From Lingula anatina (taxonomy: Eukaryota; Animalia; Brachiopoda), in the NCBI GenBank assembly GCA_051362555.1, contig CM120646.1:22692001-22756000 (forward strand): a stretch of 64,000 nucleotides of DNA, read 5' to 3'. The translations under genes were made by a program, and so were the position numbers. Of this stretch, positions 46,544 through 61,063 are shown one piece after another (within the stretch, counting starts at the first letter, position 1; every line of letters begins with the position of its first letter). The notes below the pieces were generated by a model that saw only the letters and a list, made by a program, of their open reading frames with translations, was not told where the DNA came from and searched no databases.

Positions 46544-49500
46544 ACGCTTACCCGGACTCCCGTTTGATCCTCTAGGTCCTTGTGGACCCGTTGGTCCTCT
46601 TTCACCTTGAGGTCCTCTCGCCCCTGGGTTCCCGCTTGGCCCGGTGGGGCCCCTAGCACCCACACCACGGGGTCCTGTCGCCCCTGGTGCTCCATTTCGC
46701 CCTGGGCTACCGTCCCTACCTAAAGACAACGTATGGGGACACTGCACAAAGATGTTTGAAACTTGAAGGTTAATCTCACTGTCTGATAAGAATTGAAAAT
46801 CGCTCTTCTGAAATGTACTTTAAGCTTCCATGCACATTGAGTTTCTGTGTTGGGAATGTTGTAGGATATTTTTAAAACGGTTACGCAAAATATTTCTCAA
46901 AAGAAATGTCAAACATTATAACTGCATGGCGGCCTTTTGTATATGATCAAATATTTAAAAGAAACAGTATGCGATTTCTATCTGTTGAAGGTTAAGATAT
47001 TATGATCACTGTCTTATCTTCACTTCTTATCCCCCCCCCCAATAAAAAAGACAAACAAACACCTACCTGGTCTACCATCAGCCCCTGGTCTTCCTGGCTC
47101 TCCAGGTGCTCCCTGAGGTCCGGACGGGCCTCTAGGTCCAGCTGGGCCATCCTCTCCGTCACTACCTGGAGGTCCAGTAGGGCCACGGGGTCCGGCAGGT
47201 CCTCGGGCACCTGTCACACCCGCTCCAGTGGGTCCCCTGGGTCCCTGAGGCCCTGCACGCCCTGGTTCTCCCGGACTTCCATTTGCTCCGGCGAAACCTC
47301 GTGGGCCAGTGGCACCGATGCGGCCACTCGGACCTTGAGGACCGGTAGGACCTCTGGGGCCATCTTCACCGTCGTTTCCTGGAGCGCCTGGTCTGCCTTG
47401 TGGCCCTGTCTGGCCGTTTCTTCCTGCTGGTCCTGTGATTTAGTACAGAATGAATACAACCTCCTACTTATCTCAGATAATTCTGTCTTTGTGTGAGAAT
47501 GAAATTGAAAAACCTTACAGTGTAAATATGGCACTGACCTTTTTTATTTTATATAAGTCAGTTGACTGTAGTAAATGAATGAACATCAGTTAATGTAAGT
47601 TGTCGTTTAACACCTTTTAAAGTCCATATGGTCTAGCTGAAAAACACTTTGAGAAATGAGCATATGCATATTAAAATAACATTGTGAACCTCACCTGGGG
47701 GTCCCTGGCTACCTGGGCGACCCTGTGCTCCTTGGGCCCCAGTTGGACCCCGGGGACCCTGGGGACCTCTGGCACCATCCCTTCCATCTTCACCATCAAA
47801 CCCATCCCTCCCCTGGGGCCCAGCCGGACCCGTTGGCCCCTGGGGTCCAGTTCGACCAGGTGCTCCGGGCCTACCGGGTTCCCCTTCCACTGACGCTCCG
47901 GAAGGACCACGTGGGCCAGTTGGCCCTTGAGGTCCTGTACTTCCGGGTCTGCCAGCACTTCCTGGTTCCCCTGGACTACCAGCACTTCCTCGTTGGCCTG
48001 TTGGCCCTTGTGGGCCTCTGGCTCCTGTGGGGCCAGCAGGACCCGGGTTACCACGTGGCCCTTGACTTCCGGTAGAGCCCGAGGCACCTGTAGAACCTGG
48101 ACGACCTGGTTCACCGTCGCTGCCATCTCTACCGCGAGGGCCTGTGGGGCCTGTAGGTCCCCGACTTCCTGGGCGGCCTGGCTCCCCGGGAGAACCCGCT
48201 GCACCAGAGTCACCTGTTCAGTGTGATTTAAAATGTGACATTGTCAAAAAAAACAACACACACAATAATTCATTCTGTATGGAAAAATTGTTCAAGAACA
48301 TCTTTTTCGTTCAAGGGTCAGAAATAACACATGCAAATAAACTGTGCATGTAACAACCATTGCTGATTTTTTTTCTTTTAACGTAAGAAGGGAAAGAAGA
48401 ATTACACATTCTCCTAGGTCCAGACCAAACCAAGCATACCTTTTGGTCCTCTAGGTCCGGCTGGTCCAGGTTCCCCTTCAGGTCCTGCCGGGCCTGTGGG
48501 GCCTGTGTCTCCCGTGTCCCCGCGTGGACCAGTAGGCCCCACCAGGCCCGCACCCGCTGACCCAGTGGGCCCTACGGGTCCCGTTGTTCCGATCTCACCA
48601 ATTGGTCCTAAATGTTATGAAAACATGGGGTGCGTGTATAATGGATTTTCGTTGTATATTAGAAACTATGAAATTGGAGTTCCGTACTTTGAATATAACT
48701 AGTACTACCACTATAAATGGTTTGTCATAATAATTATCAAGATGTAACTAGTTGCGTGAAAACGACACCCCCCCCAAAAAAAATATAATAATAATAAAAA
48801 GAAAAAAGAAAAAGTAACACGTCATATGAGTGTCGTTTTCAATTGAATAGACAGCATTTTTGTCTGAAATCATCCTCTGCCCTTCCCTTCCCTAGCCTTT
48901 GACCCAAGGCCCTGTCAAAATATGTGCAGTTTTCTTTCGTGATAGAATTGTCTTACGGTTCCCTTATATATCGCTCCCCCCCCCCCCGTTCGTACCTGTG
49001 TCTCCCTGTGGCCCGGGGGGTCCCGGTACACCCTGGGGTCCTGGCACACCAAACCGCTCTATCTGAATCGTCATATCTGATAATACAGTAAATTAGTTCT
49101 ACGCCAATGATGACGGTTTGCAATGTGTTTAACTCATTTTGGCAACCCATTGATTTCAAAGGTAAACTTTAATAGTTAGGAGTCTTACTATCAAATCGAA
49201 ACGAAATAATTGAAGACGTTTTAGAAAATATGTTTACTGAAGAATTTTTATTAATGATGATTCCTTTCTAAATGTGCATTTGTCAAACAGATAAAACTTG
49301 TTTTTAAATAAACGTGTAGTCTGGTTTTAGATCAGATACGAAAGATGAAAAAAGCTTTATAAATTCAACTGCTGTAAGGTGCCGCTGATTTCTACAAACA
49401 CTCTGTTTTTATCATGTCAAGTGACGCCATTACTGCACTCACCTACGTCACAATTAAAGCCCACCCATCTCTCGGCGCAGTCACACCAGTAGCCGCCATT

Positions 49501-52323
49501 CGGGAGGGGACGACACACGCCGTCGTTCAGGCAGGGTTTGAGGATATCGCAGATGTTGTCTGCAATGAACGTCATACGTAGGATAATTATAAAAGGGTGC
49601 AGCACCATACCGCAAAGAAACACCAGTACTAGCAAATATATACGTAAGTTATCATGTTTTAATTAAAAATGAGGCTCGACCGCATATAGATTGGTGATAG
49701 TTTATAGCACTCAATGTAGATAACGGTACTTAATTGATTTTTCAACACTTAAAGCCATAAAATTCACGCTATACTTTAATATAGCAAAAAAAAATAATAA
49801 TTTCCCTTAATACTAATCAGCAAATCTGCTATGAAAACCGTTGAAAAAATAAAGCCCGTCTTTAACACTTTCTAAATACTCACTAGTTTCACAGTTTGCC
49901 CCTGTGAACCCAACTGCCCTTGAACAGTCACAGCGGTAGTCATTGGCGCCAACAGGGATACAGCGCCCATTGTTCAGACATGGATCGCTGTCACAGGGAG
50001 ACGCCTCGGTGATCGATTTTTCTTCTAAAATTGAAAAAAAATGCCAACCATCAAAATTTCAGTCGGAGATCAAATATAAGATGAAACACACAAAAAACCT
50101 TTCTCCTAAAAGAATGAATTACGTTTCTCTGTTTGCAACAATACATGTAATTTACCATAGAAGATACAGCTAATGTATCAATGGCATACTATACAGTTAA
50201 AAGGACGATATTATGATGGTCTACCGACTGTACTCAACATCTATACTTCATAGTATTTTTCTCCTACCTTATCACACCTAAGAATCGTTTCATTTCACGT
50301 TTCTCCAGTTTCTGTTTCGTGCAGCAACGGTGTATATGCATTAGAGCTAATCGCTTTTTACGTTCGGCTTCCTATTTTACAGCAGGTTTTACATGTACTT
50401 TTATATCTATACCATATATGTTTTACCCTCGTCTCACAACACATGGGTTTTATCTCCCCTAAGACTACCTTACCTCGGTCACATTGGAAGCCAGACCAGC
50501 CTGGAGGACACTGGCACCAATAACCGCCGGACGGGAACGGGTTACACGTGCCGCCATTTTGACATGGGTTGACAAGATCACAGATGTAGTCTAAAGATTA
50601 AAATAAAACCGTCAAAAATGTATACCAATGACCAGATATGAGCTGATTGAGAATGAATTAAAAAATACGGCAATTTTTTACGTAGACGTTTGTAGAATTA
50701 ATTTTGAAAATGGTGAATAAGTGCACGTTCTCTACAAACGTGAAAATTGCAAACCGAAATAAAAATGTCAGTAAAATATAAAAAAACGGTCTATAAAAAC
50801 ACATTTCACAGAAGCACGTACGTCATGTTCAGACGTAAAGTAAATGCACTGCTTTCACTTCCGTTTCCCGTAAATATGATGTTATTTTTGAACAGCTATT
50901 AACAACATTCTTAAAAATACCCAATACACATTAAATAACTTATAGTAAAAACCTAAGAATAACGGAGATATAAATTAATAAAAAAAACCTAAACTCTCCA
51001 ATATAATTCTCGTTATTCAACCCATGATACGTACTGGTTTCACACCTGGCTCCCGTGAATCCTGTTGCCTCAGAACAGTCACACGTGTAGCTGTCACCGT
51101 TGGGAATACAGCGGCCGTTGTTTAGACATGGGTCTGTGATACATGCGCTGATCATGATTGTAAACTGGTCTAGATGGCGGTACGAACAAATGGGAATATC
51201 AGAAGTCACAAGGAAGTCGAAGATGAAAATGTTTTGCATTTCGTGTGGTGTAAAATAAGTAAAGTCCGTGTTTCAAATATTTGTGTTGATTTATAAGCGT
51301 TATTGGCTCAATAATATTGATTTCATCTACAAAGATAATATTAAAAAAAAGATTAATGTCTAATTTTTTAAATAAATAAATAAATGTTTGTGATCAAAAT
51401 ACCACAAAAATACCGTGTTAAAACTTACGGAATCATTTTCAAAAATTCTGCACAACAGAGTCTGAAAATCTCTATATATACAGAATATGACATATGTTAC
51501 GTACTTTCACAAAGGTGACCGACAAAGCCAGCTGGACAGACACACCTGAACGCAGTGAACCCCATGGGAACGCATTGTCCGTCGTTAAGACACGGGTTGG
51601 GCGAACAGGCGGTGGCTGAAAAACAAGCACAAAGACCAACAAAAATAATTGCCAGCGAAGAAAATGCTGACAAGGTAAAACACCATTTTTGTAGATTGTC
51701 AGGAGAAAAATGACAGTGCACTATTTAAATTTGGTAACATAACGACGGTGACGTTTTGTAGACATAAATACCAAAAAATCCAGCAATTAGAAATGATATC
51801 TTATTGTCGGAGCTATGGCGTTTATTACTAGTATAAGTGGTACAAATTACACGAAAGGTCATATAAACATTTTGTTGACAACAATTTCAATGGTAAAGTA
51901 TATATTGACATTAAATATCGCAATGTCTCCGTCTCTAAAGTTTCATCCTGCCCCGGGGTCAACAAATACAACATAAAAACACCATTTAAAAGCATATCGG
52001 CGGCAAAGAAAGGGACAGAACCAAAGCAATACTGTAGACTCACGTATATCACACAGGCGCCCTGTAAACCCAGGCGGACATATGCATTTAAACGAGTCCG
52101 CTTCCGGAACACATGTCCCGGCGTTTTGACAGGGATCATGGCGGCATGGAACATCCGGGGATTCTGAAACATTAGAATTAAAATTACCAGCCATGTTTAG
52201 CTTTTGCGGATCTGTTTCCATAAAAAGCATAAGGAATTGTCTACGCTTTAATTATTTGTCAAACTAGGCACTTAATAAACAGCTAATATAAGGGGGGAAA
52301 ACAGAGACAAGCACAATAATTTA

Positions 52324-52358
<35 letters not shown>

Positions 52359-53428
52359 CTGAAAATCTTAAAACTATTCTGCCGTCTGCTACACATGTAG
52401 GCTATTTACCCTCAGAGGGACAACATTGGTACAGGAAGCGAAGCCGAGGATTGCTATCCTCCGCACACATCTCATCCATGACGGCTGTGCAGCTTTGGAG
52501 GCCATCACAACGATTTCCCAGCCGCCATTTGTACTTAAAGAAGAAGGTATCAGGCCCCGAACAATAGGGGTCGTTCTCGGAGTATTCGCACACTCGCGCG
52601 ATTTTGATATTTTGGAGTCCGCATGTCACGTTGAAGAAGCGGTCATTGCAGTCGAATTCACCGATTTGTTCTGAAATGGCAAATATTATGATGCTTTTGT
52701 CGAAGGTTTATTTTGCTGTCTTGTGTCATATGGTTATTTCGTTTGGCAGAGCTGTAGAAAATTTTCTGTGATTTCTACAAGTTTATGGTATTTATTTTAC
52801 GCAAAATTAAAAGAAGCCCTTAATGAATTCGATTTAAGTAATAGATATACAAGTAACGAATATTGATCTTTAAAGCAGAAGCAATTATAGAGTAACGTAA
52901 GATGTTTTTAATCAGATAGTGTTTTAATCAATTTACGGAAAAACAGCGTTTAAAAGTGTGAAACGTAAAGATAATTAAACATCACATTTTTCCAGATAAT
53001 AAAACAGGAAAGCTGTTTTCACTGTCGTCATTATCATGTCAACATAAACCTCAAGTTAAACCGAGGAAGGTGAATTAAATCAGGTAATTTAAGTTCATGC
53101 CTTAATGTTCTTTAAGGAGAACGCCAATAAAAAGTACTTAATGTATACATAAGTTTAAACAACAAGTCTCTGTAGGATATTTTACGATTATGTAGGTAGT
53201 TTTAAAATGCCTTAACTTTCTTTAAAATTTGGCAATAAAATAACACAGCAACCAAGCGTCAAAGTCCTAACAATTTATACTGCAATCGCACTTAATAAAA
53301 ATTCACTGCGTGTAATTTCATGTGGAATGTCTTTAGTGACGCCAGATGATAACCTTCATATGTCCTTATATTACTACTGACGCAAGAAGAGGTCCTGTAT
53401 AAAATTTTAATTTACAACCGCTTCGAGG

Positions 53429-53472
<44 letters not shown>

Positions 53473-54132
53473 ACAGCCTCTCGGTTGCATGCGACTTTTT
53501 AAGGAATACATCACATCTTCATATAGTAAAAAAAATCCTTGAAATTTCAGTATTTTCCCATTCACGCCGAGGTAAACAATACAATCTCTATTCATGGACA
53601 AAATTATGCCCTATTCGAAAAAATAATTTCTAATCTTTTTACTTCACGGGTTAAATTCAGCAGTCTTCATCCCCTTATGAGTGTGTCTCAAGTTTTAGAA
53701 ACTTTGAACCCACAAACCGCTTTATATATTATATTTTTGAGAATATGGGTGATTGAGGGCAATGTGTCTAGAAACTTTTTTCTATATTAAAGTCCAACTT
53801 TCATTGTGTTACTTGAATATTTTCAGTCATCTTCTCTAGCATGGCTACTTCAGTTGTCATTCATGCCAAATATTTAGGTCCATGTACATTTAAATAGTTG
53901 GTTTTTATATTGCAGTGTCCTCACTAAATTGATATAAAAACAGGACAAAACTGTTTCATTAAATGCAATTAATTGACGCTAATAGGACTGGCTGTTGCTG
54001 GGGACTGGCTATAATGCATAAATGTGTGTTAGGCATCGGGGAAGAGGAGAGGCAAAGATGTGCAGTTGGAAGAGAAATATATTGATAGGTAGCAATAGAT
54101 GGTCAAGCGAGAGAGAGAGAGATAGAGCGAGC

Positions 54133-54187
<55 letters not shown>

Positions 54188-54337
54188 AGAGAAAGAGAGT
54201 TATATGTACATTGTAACATTAATTGGGGACACCGACTACATAGTTTTTTTACAGAACAGTCTGTTATGTCAAATGAACAAACCCAGAAATATTTTGATAA
54301 CAAGGTGCCGCTGTGAATAACAAGAGAGAGAGAGAGA

Positions 54338-54375
<38 letters not shown>

Positions 54376-55242
54376 GAGGGAGATTGTGTACCTTTAATTG
54401 AGCACTCCAAGGCCCCCTTTTCACAGTAGAGTCCGTAATGTCCACATGGACACATACACCTGTACGACCTCACGTAGCCCTCGCTGTCACACCTTCTGTA
54501 GCACTCCGCGTTGTTCATACACGGGTTGAAGGTGGAACACCTGATGTGGGCGTACATAACTGAAAAATGTTGGAGAAAAAACTAAAGAAAGTGAAATTTG
54601 ACATTGGAGGACTAGCAATATAAAACATTCTGTACTTTCGCTTCAGTCATGGTTCAAATACAAACTTTGGAAAAAAAATAAGCTACTAGATATAGTATTG
54701 TTAGATCAAAAGAAAATGTGTCTTTCAATGGATCATTCCTGTCCGAAGTAGCCTACACATTTAATTCATTTTGTTTATTATTTTGCACAGAAAAAAAATT
54801 CAATGGCGGGTGGGACGCACCCCTGTTAACTTTATAACGCCGGAGTGACAGGAATGGTAATCTTAGGAATTGAAGTCCGAGGTGCCGGTCTAACATCTGT
54901 TTAGCTGTGAGTACTGATGTCAGTATAAGACGAAAGGCACCTGGACAAAATAATGGGAAACGGACCATATTTCCATTTGGACTCCTATTCCCGTCACACC
55001 GGGGCTTGAAACATGATCAAAAGTATCGTACTAAGTAGCGTTCTATACATAAGAACAGACTGCACCATGCCCACGGGAGCGCCGGGAAAAGGTGATATCC
55101 CTGACCCACACGTGGAACACATGGGGTATTCGTCTGCGCCATCTAGTGTCTGGTTTGCCACTGGCGGTGTGACCGTGGCGCCTTGGCACAGCACAAGGCC
55201 GCTTAGGACACTGAATACGACCACAAGTGTTAGACGACACAT
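44056..55242 (-). CDS. Secreted multidomain collagen: signal peptide, EGF, SUEL-lectin-like, 6 EGF, ~760-aa interrupted Gly-X-Y, Cys-rich C-terminus (~1320 aa, 17 coding exons)
   Basis: Exons (-): 55242-55032 (donor uncertain), 54559-54392, 52670-52410, 52163-52044, 51615-51505, 51169-51035, 50590-50474, 50024-49884, 49559-49443, 49076-48996, 48607-48440, 48213-47695, 47432-47067, 46719-46552, 45988-45470, 45140-44775, 44462-44056; all introns phase 1. Signal [19 protein letters not shown]; EGF pattern C..PC.N.G.C..C.C..G..G..C; SUEL-like ..[16 protein letters not shown]. Confidence 0.85.
54108..54382. repeat. (GA)n/(GT)n microsatellites in a collagen-gene intron
   Basis: Directly visible tracts at ~54108-54198 and ~54322-54382. 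Confidence 0.9.
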
Positions 55243-56314
55243 GGCGCTGATTCTGAAACGAAAAGACGTATATTGGTGCCCGGAGAACGTTCAATACCTA
55301 TCATAAAGATTGGTACAAATAAATAAATAAATAAATAAATAAATAAATGAATAAATAAATAAATAAATAGGGAATAGCCAAGAGACAATTCTTATAATTA
55401 ACCAACCCCAAATTCAGTCAAGCTGTTTTACTTAACCTCATAAAAATCCCAAACATTTTCAGAACTCAAAAATACCCAATGTTTTTAAGAGCTACATAAC
55501 CAGTTTCTTTTTAGTTTGAACTTGGGACATAAATAACGGAGGATTCCCTTCATAAATAGAGCTTTTCAAAATGAAATTACAACAATGGGACAGTAAGTTG
55601 AGACAATTAGTTCAGCTAAATCAATCAGAAATAGATGAAATATCGGAGTTCATATCATCTGCCCGTTAGTATCCAGTTTGTGAATAGTGAACAAATATTG
55701 CCTTAACAGTTTATATAAAGCAAAAAGGTAACAAGGGGCCTCAAACTATTATCATGGACAATTTCAAAGGTCCACCTTTGTTCGCCTAGATAAAATATAA
55801 TATACCACTGATGGCAAGGCCACCCGCTGGGAATATGAGTCCAAATGATCACGGACTGGCGTCAAAATGGCCATGAAAAGGACATCAGTTTATGTTCATT
55901 TACATATTCTTATTGCTTCATGGGAACGTGAAATTTGGTGGGTTATTTTCTTAGTCCTGGAGACGGTGTTCTTTAACACCATGGTGCCTTTCGTTCAAGT
56001 TATAAAAATTACCTCCATTTTTGAGACACGGTCATATTCCCAAAATAGTACAACTTTCAGTAGCAGACTGCAAGCTTAAAAAACGAATAAGATCTGCCGA
56101 TAACAACAGTCGAGTACGTCAACCGGTCTATATAGTGTGTGCTTAAAACTAACCGCTTTATGTTTTTAAATCACGGATTGGCGTGTATTCTAAAGAATAT
56201 ATGTGCAGGATTTTGGCGTCTCGGTCCTTTGTCAACATTTCTGATAAAATACATTTGCCCAAATGTGAGTCTCACTCTCACATGATTGTTGCATCCACTT
56301 TTTCGCCATATTGT

Positions 56315-56368
<54 letters not shown>

Positions 56369-57705
56369 ACCCCAACCGAGACCACATTTAATCGACATGT
56401 TTTAATGGCTGTTATACATGTTGACATCTGTTTTGGTATTTCTTCCTTATAGTTACATAAAGATGAATGTTTAAATGCTTCACGCCTAAGACATGTACTG
56501 CAAGCTAAAATAGGGGTTTAAAAGTTCACGGCGCAGTTTACGTCTTGCAGTTAGCGTGTTATCTCGTTATCCCTGTCAAAATAGCCAAAATTGTGTCCTG
56601 TATACAGCTTTTAGACCTATTAATCCACAAATAAGTAATCAAACATATAATTTCACTTTAAGTCCGAGAATTTTAATTAGATTTTGGAAACTGTTTAATA
56701 TGTATCTTATGCGAAAATTTCTTTAGATTTACCCCCATTGCCCTTACTAAGTTGATTCCCGATACGAAACGACATGAATAAGACTAAACGGTTGGAAACC
56801 TTTAGAAATTAGATTTAGCTTAAGGACATTAAACTACAATTGATAAAATTTGTTTGGGGTTTTTTAAGTTCGTTTTTGACGTTACTCTAAGGCCAGATGT
56901 GGTGAATATCTTTATGGACAAGCATTTTATTCGAGGTATCATCCCCAATTAAAATATCACAGATTCTTTTGGTTTGTGTCATTTTTGAATTTGATTGTAA
57001 AATAGTCGTTTAGTATTCAACACAACACTTTAATGCAATAATGTGACTTGTTTATACTTGGGTTTTATATTTCAACTTTGTATGAATTTCATGTTGACAT
57101 AAAAAAGTTCGTCTGTATCATTGCCATTTATCATCCCTAGTAGAAAAGACCATGACCCATGCTTTAGAAAAAATGGATTAATTTATTGCCAAAGCGTGTC
57201 AAACTCTCCCCTTTAACGTAAAATTCGGTTAATATTTTTTAGAGATAGCGAACAGCTTTTGTAAAATGTTCAGGCACTATTTGGACTGACAAAAAAGGAA
57301 AGACCTCAAAATAATGAATTATTAAGAAATTCACCTATTGCATTCTGTGCGATGCCTTATAACTCAAGAGGGATTTTCAACAAACACTTGCGTTGCTCTT
57401 AAAATTCTAATTAAAATTAATATAACTTAAATGTCATTGTAGCAGAATCATTTATCATTTTATAATATCAATGTATTATTAATTTGATTAATCAAAACTG
57501 TAGGTGAAATAATTCACTTTTTAGTTAAGAACATATTAAACTTTATATTGTCCTTTGTGCCACGCCTGCCTCGCTTGCGGTCCAGAACTTGACCACGCAT
57601 TCTAAATATGCAAATGTGGAGAAATCAATGAAAGGAATAATACTGAATTTCACACTAGTGGCTCAAAAATGGCGAGCAATTCAAGGTGAGGCTAGACCAA
57701 ATATT

Positions 57706-57886
57706 ATATACCTGTAAACACCAAATAGATGCCTGTATGCACTAAATACATACCTAGTGTATATATATACCAAATATATACCTGTATATACCAAATATTT
57801 ACCTGTATATACCAAATATTTACCTGTATACACCAAATAGATGCCTGTAAGCACTAAATATATACCTGTGTATACCAAATATATAC
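57706..57886. repeat. 21-bp minisatellite (ATACCTGTATATACCAAATAT-like, ~8 copies)
   Basis: Visible periodicity; produces the spurious 7-aa repeat ORF IYLVYTG. Confidence 0.8.
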
Positions 57887-60800
57887 ATGTACTTTTATTT
57901 ACCACATATACACCCGTGCCATTATGATAAAGTTAAGATAGTTAAGATACTGTGGTCAATTAAATTTGTATCAATGCAAACACCTGTTTAAAATTAATTT
58001 CAACAAGCTAGCGATTTTAATGATTTAGGATTTGGCCACAATTTTCTACTGTTCTCTTCCGTTGGATATTTTTCGTGCATTTCTAAAGTGAAACAAACAA
58101 TACTAGTAGTTTACATAAACTATGGTCTAATAAAGAGAAAACAAATGTCACATATTTTCACACTTGCCTCAAGTTTTCCAAATTAGCCAAATGTGCTACA
58201 CGTTGGGCAGTTTTTTATGTATAATTAATATGAATGCTGCTTAACTCCATGCAAACGAAGCACTTAAACCCTCAGTTATTGATTTTACCTGTTGTCTTCA
58301 CCAACACCAAATCCCCCCTCCAATCAGTCGTCAAAATCTGGCCCCGATCAACCCTAGGTAAATTCCCTGTCCAAAAATCTCCAGTGCCGCTCTAGGACGT
58401 GGGTGGAGTAGCAGCTGCGTCTCCTCTCTCCACTCCGTCTTCCTTTACCTGGTGATAACCAGTGTGTAAACGGCGGTATTTAATTCATATTAACTAAGAT
58501 ATCTCTTTTGGTTATACATGCACGGCCCAGGTCTGCAGACGATTTGTGCATTTCTTCGCGTTAATTTCATTGCCGTTACCACCCCCACACCCCTTCTCGT
58601 GAGAAGTTTCTGAGTTTTTAAGGCACTGGAAAACCAACCCCCGAAAAAGAGCTAGAAAGTATCGAAAGTCACAACAGAGGCCACTTGATAATTTCAGGGA
58701 GTCGGGGTGGCCTTCGTTTTCCTCACTTTATCAAGCTTTCTACAAGAGCCAGGAACCAGTATAGTGCGCTGCCTTCCAGTACGCCTGAATGGCGCAGGAT
58801 ACGTTACGCTGCTTGCTCCTGCAATTAATGGCATACTTATTACCCCTCCATCTAAAATCCTGAATTCATTTGACAGCTTTTCTTTTCAGATATAGCGGGA
58901 AAAGGCCTTTATGTCTTTGTAACAAATACACCTATCATGCTATTTAGTAGACACAGCCAACTTCAGCTACATGCACACCTCCCATGGGCAGGTTTCGTTG
59001 GACGGTTTGGCGAGTTGTATATCGCTCTCCCAGCCACAACTTTTCTCTTCAGAAGATCATAAGAAAATTGTTTTGAGTGATTGGATTTTAATTTTTGGAT
59101 GAATGAAAAACAAACGGAGAGAAGGGTCTCATATCTCAAACACGCGGTCTACGGTCCATCGTACAAGAGAAGCGTTGGGTCTATTTGTTATAGATGCACA
59201 CTAAAGTATTCGTATTTTTCAAACTTAAAGCTATCGTTGACATTCCCCACATAATCCAAGTCGCCAGCCTAAGTAAAAGTAATTTATATTTTATTTCCTT
59301 CTGGCTACAAACATCAAAGGATGCGTTAAAGATACATTAATAGTTCACCTTGCTGGAGTTGGCGCGTTGCTAAGCGAACAGTGCTTTTTAAAGAGGTCGC
59401 TTCAAAACTAGGCATGCATCTTATCAGCTTTCTCCTCTCAATTCATTATCCTTAACATTTCCCGAATAAGAAACAAGTTAATTTTGAATAAAGATATGCT
59501 GTGTTTGGTGCAATATCCAAGCTTTTGAATTTTTGAGTCCCTGAAGAAGGCAAAAAAGCCGAAAGCTCGGACATTGTACCAGCACCTAACACAGACATCT
59601 TTAAAGATGCATTTAAATCTCACTTATTTATTTCTTACATACAAGATCAATACGGTGATATGATGAATTTCCTGAATAAAAAATACATGTTATTATTTAT
59701 TTATAATATATATTTACTTTTAATATATACATGTATATCTGAAAACGAAACAGATAAGAAGAACCGTTTAATAGATATAAAACATGCAAATGTCACTTAT
59801 ACAGATCTTATGCAGGCTGGAATGTTAATCAACAAAACATGGGATAGTGTAGTAGGTAAATGATTCGACATTAAAATATAAAGTTTTGGAAATGAAAGTA
59901 TGTTTCAAAACAAATTCTCCCAGTATAAGAAGGGTAGACTCCTGGAAAATACCTATGACATGATTGTGGTGCATTTCTTTGTAAGTTCCTTCATATATAT
60001 AATTATTATACAGAGGTAACTCTAATGTATAGTTCAAAAATAAGGATAAAATAAATTCATGAAGACATAAGCAAGTTGTGTAACGCAAAACAAAACATTT
60101 GGAACATTACATTGCACTCTACATCATGTTGCTTTTATATAAAATATACATAGTTTTCCCTGTTTTTTATCATTTAAAGACAAGTGTTCACTAAAATATA
60201 CCACCCATGATGGATTTAAATGACAATTTTACGTAAAATAATTTGAAGTTAATCACTTGTATCTTGTTTACTAGTATGTGTACCAGTTATTATTGACTTT
60301 GAAAACATTTAAGTGATGCTAAAAAAAGGTAGCACCGTTAATGGAATAAAATCTTTTAAAATCCTTTAGATCTTGGATAAATATATATGGCAAGCAAAAA
60401 GCATATTAAATATTGAACAAAATGTAGATTAGCACAATCCTAGGCACAATACTTAGCAATAGAGTAAATTTTCAGTAAACAAATATACAATAGATGTGCT
60501 ATGTAAGGTTTTTTTTTGATGAACAAAATAAGAAGCATCCCTTTTTGTGTGAAATATGACCGAAGATAAATTTGGAGTGAGTCCAAAAAAAAAAAAAAAT
60601 AAATAAAAATATATTTTTCTAATTTAAATCATCAGTCATTTCAGGACCTTATGTTTTCTTAAACAAGCCAGAGATCCACACTTCAGAGTTCTGACATATT
60701 AGATTTAACTGGGTCAAAGAAAAGACCAGCTATTGACTTGTGAAACATGATCCTGCAAAATTTCCCTCGTCTATCTTCTCCTCTTTTGACAAGTTCAACT

Positions 60801-61063
60801 CATGCACCCTCTGATCTGTGTGAAGTGATGCAGATGTTGAAATAAGTTCATCAGTTTAGAAATGATATCAGATTCATTTCTATTGTAACAATCTGACTAT
60901 TGACATCTAAATGAATCTGTGAGTATCAAAATTATCTGTTTATGAAAAAAAAAGCAATCTAAGCAATCTGGTTATGTAATAAAGTTTCTCTTTTTCATTC
61001 AGACTAGACAAAGCTTACAGGGTCAGCAGTGGAAATGTCCACTGTCCACCGTTTATCCATAAC

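Noticed and set aside
44649-48702. Numerous alternative-frame and antisense ORFs
   Set aside because: Shadows of GC-rich Gly-X-Y collagen exons.
58287-58480. Candidate non-coding first exon/promoter of the collagen gene
   Set aside because: A - strand donor (CAG/GTAAAA) and GC-richer sequence exist, but the evidence is too weak to call.
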